Source: a virus
IMG/VR virus record: IMGVR_UViG_3300027365_000011
Span: 1-64,000 of that record
Direction: 5' to 3' (one strand)
Length of the DNA: 64,000 bases
Shown here: positions 56,104-64,000 of the stretch, piece by piece
Numbering within the stretch: the stretch's first letter is position 1
How the letters are laid out: every line of letters begins with the position of its first letter
Notes under the pieces: model-generated
Database searches by the model: none
Told to the model about the DNA's origin: nothing
What the model saw: the letters and a program-made list of their open reading frames with translations, nothing else
Position numbers and translations under genes: made by a program

Positions 56104-56196
56104 GGGGTGGCTCCTTGTGTGCGTTTCGATGCCTCACAAGATAGCCCGGTATTACATTTAATGCAATACCCTGTTTCCGATTGCCACCACCTGACG

Positions 56197-56451
56197 CTAC
56201 ACCAGGGGCTGGGGCTGCATGTTCCCCGGCCATTCGGCCAGCCTCATCGCGAGGATTCCCGCGGGCTTTTCCAGGGGCGAGTAGAACACCACCGGCGCCC
56301 CGGACAGCGAACCCCGTCCCCGGGCCACGGCCTCCACCCGGTAGGTGATTCCGCTGTCGGGGCAATGCCAGGCGCGGTGAATCAGCGCCTCGAGGTCGCG
56401 GCCTTCGGGCAGGGAGTGGCCCGGATCAGGCTGTCGTTGCAATGCGGTCAT
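56197..56451 (-). CDS. Hypothetical protein
   Basis: GGAGG RBS; follows ssb. Confidence 0.55.
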   Translation of the reverse strand: MTALQRQPDPGHSLPEGRDLEALIHRAWHCPDSGITYRVEAVARGRGSLSGAPVVFYSPLEKPAGILAMRLAEWPGNMQPQPLV

Positions 56452-56468
56452 GGAGCCTCCAGTCGTCC

Positions 56469-57011
56469 TTAGAACGGTATTTCGTCATCTCCGAAGTCGC
56501 CATCGAAGCCGCCCTGGGCTGGCGCCTGGGGCGCCGGCGTTGGGGGCTGTGCCGGCGGCGCCTGACGAGTCGGCTGCTGGGCCGGCTGCGAATAGCCCGG
56601 GCCGCCCTGGGGGGCACCATTCGGCGGTGCGCCCGGGGGCTGCCCGGCCGGGCGGGACTGACCGCCGCCGGTGCCGCCATCACCGAGCATCTGCATGTCG
56701 TTGGCAACGATCTCCGTGGAGTAGCGGTCCTGGCCGTTCTGGTCCTGCCACTTGCGGGTCTGCAGGCGCCCCTCGATGTAGACCTTGGCGCCTTTCTTGA
56801 GATACTGCTGGGCGACTTCGGCCTGTTTGTTGAACAGCACCACGCGGTGCCACTCGGTGCGCTCCTGGCGCTGGCCGGATTGCTTGTCCATCCAGCTATC
56901 GCTGGTGGCCACGCTCAAGTTGGCCACCGCCGTGCCGCCGGGCGTGAAGCGCACCTCGGGGTCTTGCCCGAGGTTGCCAATCAGAATCACCTTGTTGATG
57001 CCGCGTGCCAT
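56469..57011 (-). CDS. ssb: Single-stranded DNA-binding protein
   Basis: [21 protein letters not shown]...DDEIPF. Confidence 0.97.
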   Translation of the reverse strand: MARGINKVILIGNLGQDPEVRFTPGGTAVANLSVATSDSWMDKQSGQRQERTEWHRVVLFNKQAEVAQQYLKKGAKVYIEGRLQTRKWQDQNGQDRYSTEIVANDMQMLGDGGTGGGQSRPAGQPPGAPPNGAPQGGPGYSQPAQQPTRQAPPAQPPTPAPQAPAQGGFDGDFGDDEIPF

Positions 57012-57542
57012 TTAGTCGGCCTCCTGGGCCAGTTGATCGAGGGTGGCGTGGTGTTCGTCCACCACGTTCGCGAGGGTTTCGGGGAGCTGGTCGGCGGCGA
57101 GAATCCCGCTCATCAGCCGGTCGCGTTCGTTCCAGCCGGTGTCGGTATTCGCGAAGGCCATGCTCAGGGCGCTTTGCACGCCCCGGTACTGCGTGACCAG
57201 CCGGATCGCCGGCGCTTCATCGTCGTTGGTGTCGGCGACCAGCAGCACCTGGCGGCTGTTGCGCTCGAAGACGCGGGCGAAGCGCTCGCCGGGGTCCGCC
57301 AGCGTGATGCGGCTGACCCGCTGCGTGCCTTCCTCTTGGACCTCGAGCCAGCGATGGCTCTTGCCGTCATCCACCCAGGTCATCGGAAAGACCGGCGCCA
57401 GCTCTGTTTCGGGGTGATCTTCCACCGTTTGCTTGGCGGCCTGCAGGATGCCGGCGATCTCGCTCAGGCACAGCGGGATGCGCGCGGCCGGCACCTTGTC
57501 GTACACGTCCTGCAAGGTGGTCAGGTCGTAATGCGGGCTCAT
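57012..57542 (-). CDS. Hypothetical protein
   Basis: Coupled ORF in the early operon. Confidence 0.6.
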   Translation of the reverse strand: MSPHYDLTTLQDVYDKVPAARIPLCLSEIAGILQAAKQTVEDHPETELAPVFPMTWVDDGKSHRWLEVQEEGTQRVSRITLADPGERFARVFERNSRQVLLVADTNDDEAPAIRLVTQYRGVQSALSMAFANTDTGWNERDRLMSGILAADQLPETLANVVDEHHATLDQLAQEAD

Positions 57543-58267
57543 GCGGCGGCCTCGGGAGCGGGGTAGGGGAGGGTGTAGACCAGCCAGTAGTCGGGCTGGC
57601 GCTCGTCATTCAGGGGCAGCCTGGCGGTCCAGGCATCGCTGCCCAGCCAGTCCCGCACGGCATCGACCTCGTTTTCTCGGCACAGCCACCAGGCGGTTGC
57701 CTCGCGGATGACGGGGAGGGCCGATTCGCGGGCTTGGAACAGGGCGCGCTCGGCGGCGCGGCTACGCGGCAGATCCGCGGGGAGCCCGAAACGCGCCGGG
57801 TGGCGCAGGGTGAGCTTGTACAGGTTGAGCTCCACCACGTCGCCCAGGGACAGCCCCAGCCGTTCGGCGATGGCGTCGATGGCGGAGAGGATCTTGTGAG
57901 CCTCGTGCCAGATGCCGGGGCGCATCATCGGCTCCGGCCGGCCATCGGCATAGGTGGCCTTGACCACGCCCTGCAGGCGCAGCGCCGCGACCACGATGTC
58001 ATAGGGCGTCACGCTGTCGTCGTCGCGTTCGCCGGCCAGGTAGCGCGTGAACAGTTCGCCGCGGGTGTCCTTGTCGATCAGTGCGCAGTACCACAGCAGG
58101 TCGCCCAGCTCCTCGAGCATTTCGGCGCCGGTCTTGGCGTCCAGCAGCTTGGCGGATTCCGCGCACAGGCCCTGGAGGGCGTGGATCAGGTCCGCGCTGA
58201 CGCCATTGCCGCCGGTGATGCTGGCGGCGGTCTTCATCGCTTCGGCGGGGTAGTCGGTCAGGTTCAT
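57539..58267 (-). CDS. MazG-like nucleotide pyrophosphohydrolase
   Basis: EELGDLLWY and NLYKL..RHP motifs. Confidence 0.7.
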   Translation of the reverse strand: MNLTDYPAEAMKTAASITGGNGVSADLIHALQGLCAESAKLLDAKTGAEMLEELGDLLWYCALIDKDTRGELFTRYLAGERDDDSVTPYDIVVAALRLQGVVKATYADGRPEPMMRPGIWHEAHKILSAIDAIAERLGLSLGDVVELNLYKLTLRHPARFGLPADLPRSRAAERALFQARESALPVIREATAWWLCRENEVDAVRDWLGSDAWTARLPLNDERQPDYWLVYTLPYPAPEAAA

Positions 58268-58473
58268 GCCCGCATCCCCCGTTTCATGAGTCGATCCCAG
58301 CCCCGCGCGCAGTCGGCATCGCAGAACAGCCGGGGGCTCTCGACGGGTTCGCCGCAGTGATGGCACTCGCCGGACGGCTTGGGCGAAGCCGGGACGGGGG
58401 CGCGCGCAGCGCCCAGGGCGGCTTCCTGGAAGGCTTCATTGCGTTCGTTGGCCTGGTCGGCTAGATCAGCCAT
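58264..58473 (-). CDS. TraR/DksA-like C4 Zn-finger protein
   Basis: MADLADQA (DxxDxA); CHHCGE...FCDADC. Confidence 0.7.
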   Translation of the reverse strand: MADLADQANERNEAFQEAALGAARAPVPASPKPSGECHHCGEPVESPRLFCDADCARGWDRLMKRGMRA

Positions 58474-58673
58474 TGGCGTTCTACCTCGGTGGTGACTGTC
58501 AGGATGGTGTCGCGAGCCGCCCGCCAGGCCTCGCAGCCGGTGCGGTGACAGCCAATGACCAGGGCGTCACCGTCGACATAGATCCGGTAATGGAAGGGCA
58601 CCTCGAAGCGCTGGCGCCCTCCATCGCGCCGCCAGATACAGGCGACGCGCCGCTGACGGGCGGGCAGGGTCAT
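58461..58673 (-). CDS. Hypothetical protein
   Basis: ATGA-coupled to the Sak4-like gene. Confidence 0.5.
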   Translation of the reverse strand: MTLPARQRRVACIWRRDGGRQRFEVPFHYRIYVDGDALVIGCHRTGCEAWRAARDTILTVTTEVERQWLI

Positions 58674-59698
58674 ACTTCGGGCTGTTCCGCGGCCGGGGCG
58701 GCCGCCGTCTCGTCAGCCGGGGCGGCCTCGTCAATGAGCCCGGCGATTTCCGCGTGACTGGAGCTGCCGCCGGCGGTCTGCCGCTGCGACTGGCGGTGCT
58801 CGTCATGCGCCCGCGCGCTGGCGAGGACCGTCTGCAGGAAGTCGTCGCCCAGAGCCTCGCGCACCTTCTCGGGGGTCTGGTTCCAGGCGTCGCGCACGTA
58901 CTGTTCGCCGTGTTCGGTGATTGACTGCAGGCGGTGGCGCCACTTCTCCAGGGTCTGGCTGCCGCCGGCACCGTCGATCCAGCGACGCAGGGCCTGGCCA
59001 TCGGCCGCGCCGATATAGCCCTCGCCGCGGCCGAGGATGCCTTTCAACTCGGACGGGCACTTGAGCACCTGCTGGTGGTAGCCCTCGTTCCACATCATCA
59101 GGCTGGCCGTCATCTCGAACATGAAGTTCTTTTCCTGAATCGGCTGGATGCCCAGGCTCACCGGCTTCTTGGGATCGGCGAAGTCCATTTTCTCGCGGGC
59201 GCGGATGCAGAAGATGACGTGCATGTCGCACTGCAGGACCGCGTTCATGAAGCGCTTGTGTTCGGCCTTGGCCTTCTTCCAGTCCGCCATTCGCGAGCTG
59301 GTGATGGTGGCGATTTCCTCGCAGCCGCCGGTGCCTTCCCATTCGTGGGTCACGGAGTCGATGACCAGCACCTCGACGCCGGCCTGCTGGAACGCCTGAA
59401 TGGCGTCGATGTAGCGCTGGGGCGAGAACGGCGCGTAAAGGTCGCCGATCAGGAAGGGGGAGGGCAGTTCCTGCATTCCCATCGACTGGGCGACCATCCG
59501 GTAGGTGTCGTCGCTGGCGTACAGCGAGCCGCGGCGGTTTTCGGTGTCGAGGAAGCCGACCTTGTTGCCCTGGCCGTTGGTCAGGCCGTAGGCAAGCTGC
59601 AGGGCGGTGAAGGTCTTGCCCGACCCGGAAATACCGGACAGGCCGATGACCATGCGGGCGCCGCGGCGTTCGGCCTGGCGGATCTCGATGACTGACAT
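58670..59698 (-). CDS. Sak4-like (AAA_24) recombination ATPase
   Basis: GISGSGKT; LDTE; VIDSVTHEW.G.GG. Confidence 0.85.
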   Translation of the reverse strand: MSVIEIRQAERRGARMVIGLSGISGSGKTFTALQLAYGLTNGQGNKVGFLDTENRRGSLYASDDTYRMVAQSMGMQELPSPFLIGDLYAPFSPQRYIDAIQAFQQAGVEVLVIDSVTHEWEGTGGCEEIATITSSRMADWKKAKAEHKRFMNAVLQCDMHVIFCIRAREKMDFADPKKPVSLGIQPIQEKNFMFEMTASLMMWNEGYHQQVLKCPSELKGILGRGEGYIGAADGQALRRWIDGAGGSQTLEKWRHRLQSITEHGEQYVRDAWNQTPEKVREALGDDFLQTVLASARAHDEHRQSQRQTAGGSSSHAEIAGLIDEAAPADETAAAPAAEQPEV

Positions 59699-59712
59699 GC
59701 GTGCTCCTTGGA

Positions 59713-61065
59713 TCAGGGGGCGGCGGTGGCGGGCAGTTGCCGGCGCACGTACCACTCGGGAAGGGAAAGGGTCTGGATGCCGTCGCCGTAGCCCGGCCAG
59801 TGGTCATCCCGACGGGCATCGGCATAGGCGGCCAGATCGGCGCGGTACTCGAGGCGGCCGATCGCGATGGAGTCGTCGTCCAGGACGTAGACGGCGACGT
59901 TGTAGGGGGGCTGCTTTTCCACCACCACGAAGGCGAACAGCCGCTGTTCGGGCCAGTCGAGCCCGGCCTGGCGGATGGCGGCATTGCAGCCGTCGAGGTA
60001 CATGGGGTGCTGGACGTGGTAGCGCCACTTCATGATCGACCGCGCGAAGGCCTCCGGGCCGGCGTTGTCGGTGGTCTTGAGATCGACCAGCAGGCCTTTC
60101 TGCGGCACCCAGTAGTCGGGGCGGCAGCGGCACAGCTCGCCGGTTTCCTCGTCCTGCCAGTAGACGCTGCGTTCGGCGATGCCCTGGCGCAGCAGGGCGG
60201 CCGCAGCCGGGTGGCGGGCAACGGCGTCGCGCATCGCCAGCACCTGGTCGTACTCGGCATCCTTGAGCACGGTGCGATGGCCGTTGTTCTCGAGCCATTC
60301 GGCCTGCACGTCGGACCACAGCGTCACATCGACGCCGTTGGCGTTGAGCCATTCGGCCATGGCGTGACGGCTGACGTTGGTGCCCAGCGTGTAGGTGAAA
60401 CCGTGCTCGGCCTCGAAGGAGTCACAGATTTCCGACCACAGCTCGACCGTTTCGCCGTTGTCGCGCAGCAGCGCAGCCAGCGCCTTGCGGTCGCCGCTGG
60501 TGGACAGCAGCCCCGAGCGGTTCTCGTTCTCGGCCTGGATGATGGCCTTGAGCTCGCCGACCTTCATGGCCTCCAGCTCGTGCGCCGCATCGCCGTCGCC
60601 ACCGTGAATCTCGTCCACGATCCGCGCGATCAGTTCCTCTTTCTTGCCGGCGATGGAGAGCTTGGGCATCCGATCCTTGTTCAGCTCCTGAATCCGGGCG
60701 ACCAGCTCGTCAGTGCCCCGGATGGCGTGGGGGTGGGCGGCGATGCGCTCCTGGTTCAGCTTCTCGACCATGGCCACCAGCTCGTCACGATCCTCGACGG
60801 CCTCGGGCACGTCCTGGCGGCGCAGCGCGCGGCAGTAGTCCCGCGTGAATGCTTCCGGCTCCAGCACCGCGGCGTGCAACGCGCTGCCGATGCGCTGATC
60901 GGGGGTCTCGCTGCGCTCGGACGGCGTGGTGACGACGTGGCGATAGGTCGCGAGGTTGCGATTGACGAGATCCAGCCCGGATTTCGAGATGCCCGGGCCG
61001 GTGTGGTAGTCGGCATTCGGAATATCGGCATAGACGCCGGGCGAGGGCGGTGCGGAAGGCTCCAT
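59713..61065 (-). CDS. RecE/ExoVIII-like PD-(D/E)xK exonuclease (DUF3799) with internal insertion
   Basis: ISKSGLD; GSALH..VLEP; CRCRPD; VDLKTT; YHVQ..MY; FVVVEK.PPY. Confidence 0.9.
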   Translation of the reverse strand: MEPSAPPSPGVYADIPNADYHTGPGISKSGLDLVNRNLATYRHVVTTPSERSETPDQRIGSALHAAVLEPEAFTRDYCRALRRQDVPEAVEDRDELVAMVEKLNQERIAAHPHAIRGTDELVARIQELNKDRMPKLSIAGKKEELIARIVDEIHGGDGDAAHELEAMKVGELKAIIQAENENRSGLLSTSGDRKALAALLRDNGETVELWSEICDSFEAEHGFTYTLGTNVSRHAMAEWLNANGVDVTLWSDVQAEWLENNGHRTVLKDAEYDQVLAMRDAVARHPAAAALLRQGIAERSVYWQDEETGELCRCRPDYWVPQKGLLVDLKTTDNAGPEAFARSIMKWRYHVQHPMYLDGCNAAIRQAGLDWPEQRLFAFVVVEKQPPYNVAVYVLDDDSIAIGRLEYRADLAAYADARRDDHWPGYGDGIQTLSLPEWYVRRQLPATAAP

Positions 61066-61096
61066 TTTTACCCCACATGGCATAAAGGTGAGTCAG

Positions 61097-61170
61097 CGCT
61101 TACCTGTCAGGTAAGCGAGAAAGCCAAAAAAGGGCAGCCGTCAGGCCGCCCGGTGTTACTTGAAAGGTAA
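61097..61170. promoter_or_regulatory. Two operators upstream of the recombination operon
   Basis: CGCTTACCTGTCAGGTAAGCG (61097-61117) and TTACTTGAAAGGTAA (61156-61170). Confidence 0.7.
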
Positions 61171-61195
61171 TGCTATGGGGTTTTTCTCATCCTAG

Positions 61196-61786
61196 TCAAG
61201 CTCGGCTGCCGATCCAGACTACCCTCCCGGTAACGGGAAACGCGCTTTCCGGCCGATCATCGAAATTCGGGTAATCCTCATTGTCTGTTAATATGCTAAT
61301 TGAGTTATCGGTCAATCCGGGCATGACGCGGCGGATTCGCGGGCTGCTCGCCTCCGAGGCGCTGACGTACAACCCGGGTTTCTTCACCCGCTCGCATGGC
61401 TCGATCAATACAATGTCCCCGGGGTTCAATGTCGCCGACATCGCATCGTCCTCGACAATGAGCGCGGCCAGCTCCGAGGCCTTGGTCCCCGTGATAGTCG
61501 CCAGATACCGATTGTCGAAGGGCAGATCGGCGGCGCCTTCCATCAGGTTGCGCACCGTCACGATCGTCGGCGTCCGTCGGGCATATTCTATCGAGCTCGA
61601 GGGAGTGATGAGAGCCTGCGGGGGGACGCCCAGCACCTCGGCGATGCGCGTCAGCGTGACCAGGTTGATCCGCTGCGGGTCGCGCTCCCAACGACTCACA
61701 TTGGCCGCCGACGTATCCAGGCGGCGCGCCAGTTCGGTAATGCTCATGCCCTGCCGTGACCGGATTTCACGAATTGCCAGTTCCAT
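61196..61786 (-). CDS. CI-like repressor (Xre HTH plus degenerate S24 domain)
   Basis: ITELARRLDTSAANVSRWE; GDIVLI...GRVVW; divergent from the cro-like gene. Confidence 0.85.
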   Translation of the reverse strand: MELAIREIRSRQGMSITELARRLDTSAANVSRWERDPQRINLVTLTRIAEVLGVPPQALITPSSSIEYARRTPTIVTVRNLMEGAADLPFDNRYLATITGTKASELAALIVEDDAMSATLNPGDIVLIEPCERVKKPGLYVSASEASSPRIRRVMPGLTDNSISILTDNEDYPNFDDRPESAFPVTGRVVWIGSRA

Positions 61787-62065
61787 ACCCTCTCCCTAAT
61801 TTTGCGAAGGGCGTGACGCTCTCATGTCATGCCGAAATCGACGCATCAGTCGCCATCGCCAAAGAACACAACGTGGCTTCCCTGCCGGGCACGCCTTTTA
61901 TCTTATCGTGAGACATTCGGCATTTACTTAGGACGCCCCATCGTTGCGAATCGTGCCAAAGCGTTTCTTTTAAAGTTACACCGCATAATACTTTACCCTA
62001 AATTAAATATCCTGTCGCCAACACCCGCCGCAACGTCCCGCCAACGGTAACGGGCGGCCTACGCC

Positions 62066-62115
62066 TTGCCCCCTTCGTTACTTTTAAGGTAACTTCTCGC
62101 CTACTTTTCAGGTAA
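62066..62115 (+). promoter_or_regulatory. PR-like promoter with tandem operators
   Basis: TTACTTTTAAGGTAA (62078) and CTACTTTTCAGGTAA (62101); TTGCCC-18-TAACTT. Confidence 0.7.
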
Positions 62116-62126
62116 CGGAGACGGCC

Positions 62127-62360
62127 ATGACACTGATCGAATACCGGCGGCACGTCACGGGCATGTCCGGACACGAAACCGCGCGCTGGCTGGGCGTGAA
62201 GCCGGCGATCTACTGGCGCTGGGAGCAGGGCCAGATGCCCAGCCCCGCCAACATGCGCGCGATCTATCGCTTCACCTGCGGGGCCGTGACGCCCAACTGC
62301 CTGGCCGGCATGGGCGAGCGCGCCAGCCATCCGCTGTTCGACGTGGGCGAGGCGGCATGA
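62127..62360 (+). CDS. Cro-like HTH regulator
   Basis: TARWLGVKPAIYWRWEQG..PS...I...T.GAVTPN. Confidence 0.8.
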   Translation: MTLIEYRRHVTGMSGHETARWLGVKPAIYWRWEQGQMPSPANMRAIYRFTCGAVTPNCLAGMGERASHPLFDVGEAA

Positions 62361-64000
62361 GTCACATTCAGGCGATGACGATTCCGGTCGAGCGCCCGGA
62401 CGACAATGCCAACTGGCACCACCTGCGCGGCTACCAGCAGCACACCGTCAACGGCGTGCGCGTGGCCTTTTCCCAGGGCAGCCGGGCGCCGCTGCTGGTG
62501 CTCCCGGCCGGGGGCGGCAAGACGTTCACCTCGTGCTACATGATCGACCAGGCCCAGGGGCAGGGGCGCAACGTGCTGATCCTGGTGCATCGCCAGGAGC
62601 TGGCGCGGCAGTTCTCTCAGGCCCTGACGGCCTACGGGGTGGCCCACGGGCTCATCATGGCCCACGAACGCCCCGATCTCGCCAGGCGGGTCCAGGTCGC
62701 CAGCGTCCAGACCTATGCCAAGCGCATGGGCAAGATGAGCTGGCGCCCGCATCTCATCATCAGCGACGAAGCTCACCACGTTACGGAAGGCAGCCTGTGG
62801 GGCCGGGTGCTCGAGAACCATGCCGGCGCGCTGCGCATGGGGCTGACCGCGACGCCGATCCGGCTCGACGGCAAGGGGCTCGGCCAGGGCCACGGCGGCT
62901 ATTTCGACGCGATCGTGGAAGGCCCGTCGCCGGCCGAGCTCATGGCGCTGGGCAACCTGTGCGACTACAAGATGTTCGCCCCCGGCCAGGCGGTGGACAT
63001 GAAGGGCGTGCGCCGTACCGCCGGGGACTACAACCGCAAGGATGCCGAGGAGCGCATCAACAAGCCCACCATCACCGGCAACGCCATCGAGCACTACCGT
63101 CAGCACGCGGACGGCAAGCCCGCGGTGGTGTTCTGCATGTCCCGGCGCCACGCCGAGGACGTGTGCCAGCGCTTCAATGACGCGGGCTACCGCTTCGCGG
63201 TGCTCGACGGGACGCTGCGTGGCAAGGGGCGCGACGACGCCGGCAACGATCTGGTCGCCCAGCGCGTCGCGGCGCTGGCGGATGGCCGCCTGCACGGCCT
63301 GGTGACGGTGGATCTGGTCAGCGAGGGATTCGATTTGCCTGCTATCGAAGTGTGCATATCGCTCAGGGCCACTCAGTCGGAATCCCTCTGGATTCAGCAG
63401 TGTCTGGACGAGAAAACGGAAATACTCACTCAGCGCGGATGGGTTGGGCGTGAAGATATTAGCGATGACGACATCGTTGCGGCCTTTGATACCTCCATCG
63501 AGTCCATCCAATGGGAGCCGATTCTGAGTCGCGTGGATAGGCCGCTTGCCTCGGGCGAAGCCATGTATGCCGTTTCCGGCCCCCATCTCAACATTCGCGT
63601 CACTGACGGCCACCAGATGATCGTCAGGGGGAGGTCAGGCACTTCTAAGCGCTGGATCAAGGAAGATGCCCAGGCAGCGGCGCTGCGCCGGAGCATGTTT
63701 ACCGTCCCTGTTTCCGCCACGCAGGAGCCAGGCCACCCTGCACGCCTGGCCGATGACGAGCTGCGTTTTCTTGGCTGGTTCCTTTCTGATGGCACTCACG
63801 ACAAATCGAACAATGTGGTCAGGATTGGGCAGTCGTCAGCCAAACATCGCCACCTTGACTCTATTCGCCGCACGCTGCGCGGTTGCGGGTTCAAGTTCAG
63901 CGAATACCGCATCAAGCGAAAAGGCGATCAATCCCACTGCCCGGACCTCGTTCAGTTTCAGGTGTCTCGCGGACAGCCTCGCGGGCGAGACAAGCACCTT
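62357..64000 (+). CDS. SF2 DEAH helicase with intein (runs off the window; not in the ORF track)
   Basis: LRGYQ, LPAGGGKT, DEAHH, GLTATP, EGFDLP. Confidence 0.9.
   Translation, partial: MSHIQAMTIPVERPDDNANWHHLRGYQQHTVNGVRVAFSQGSRAPLLVLPAGGGKTFTSCYMIDQAQGQGRNVLILVHRQELARQFSQALTAYGVAHGLIMAHERPDLARRVQVASVQTYAKRMGKMSWRPHLIISDEAHHVTEGSLWGRVLENHAGALRMGLTATPIRLDGKGLGQGHGGYFDAIVEGPSPAELMALGNLCDYKMFAPGQAVDMKGVRRTAGDYNRKDAEERINKPTITGNAIEHYRQHADGKPAVVFCMSRRHAEDVCQRFNDAGYRFAVLDGTLRGKGRDDAGNDLVAQRVAALADGRLHGLVTVDLVSEGFDLPAIEVCISLRATQSESLWIQQCLDEKTEILTQRGWVGREDISDDDIVAAFDTSIESIQWEPILSRVDRPLASGEAMYAVSGPHLNIRVTDGHQMIVRGRSGTSKRWIKEDAQAAALRRSMFTVPVSATQEPGHPARLADDELRFLGWFLSDGTHDKSNNVVRIGQSSAKHRHLDSIRRTLRGCGFKFSEYRIKRKGDQSHCPDLVQFQVSRGQPRGRDKHL
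63401..64000 (+). mobile_element. Intein (Cys1) with LAGLIDADG motif, partial
   Basis: WIQQ|CLDEKTEILTQRGW...VTDGHQM...FLGWFLSDG; codon usage changes at the junction. Confidence 0.85.

Noticed and set aside
1-64000. tRNA, rRNA, terminase, lysis, integrase and rep genes
   Set aside because: None were recognised in this window; they may lie elsewhere on the replicon.

Overview
The window is about 64 kb of a GC-rich, P1-like myoviral phage-plasmid. The acidic proteins suggest a halophilic gammaproteobacterial host (inference). The + strand (1.4-52.2 kb) carries the P1-type morphogenesis genes (26, 25, 7, 24, 6, 5, capsid 23, sheath 22, 21, pmgG, bplB, tub, pmgB, sit, pmgA, bplA, 16, R, a truncated S) and the injected anti-restriction set (hdf, darA, ddrA-like, ddrB, darB with an intein, ulx), followed by portal and prohead protease. 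A multi-gene fibre cluster between genes 7 and 24 ends in a complete diversity-generating retroelement: Mtd-like target with VR, avd, TR and RT, with all 12 VR/TR mismatches at TR adenines. An unannotated 53-aa stand-alone Mtd N-terminal-domain gene follows it. An island with an AcrVA2/FinQ-family gene sits between ddrB and darB. The - strand (52.2-61.8 kb) holds an StbA/StbB-like stability module with an 11-bp phased repeat array, ssb, MazG-like, TraR-like, Sak4-like and RecE-like genes, and a CI-like repressor whose S24 catalytic residues are substituted. A cro-like gene and an intein-containing SF2 helicase run off the right edge, and an iteron-like array lies at the left edge. Two dispersed palindromic operator families were found. 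All homology calls come from recognising motifs and synteny by eye; no searches were run.
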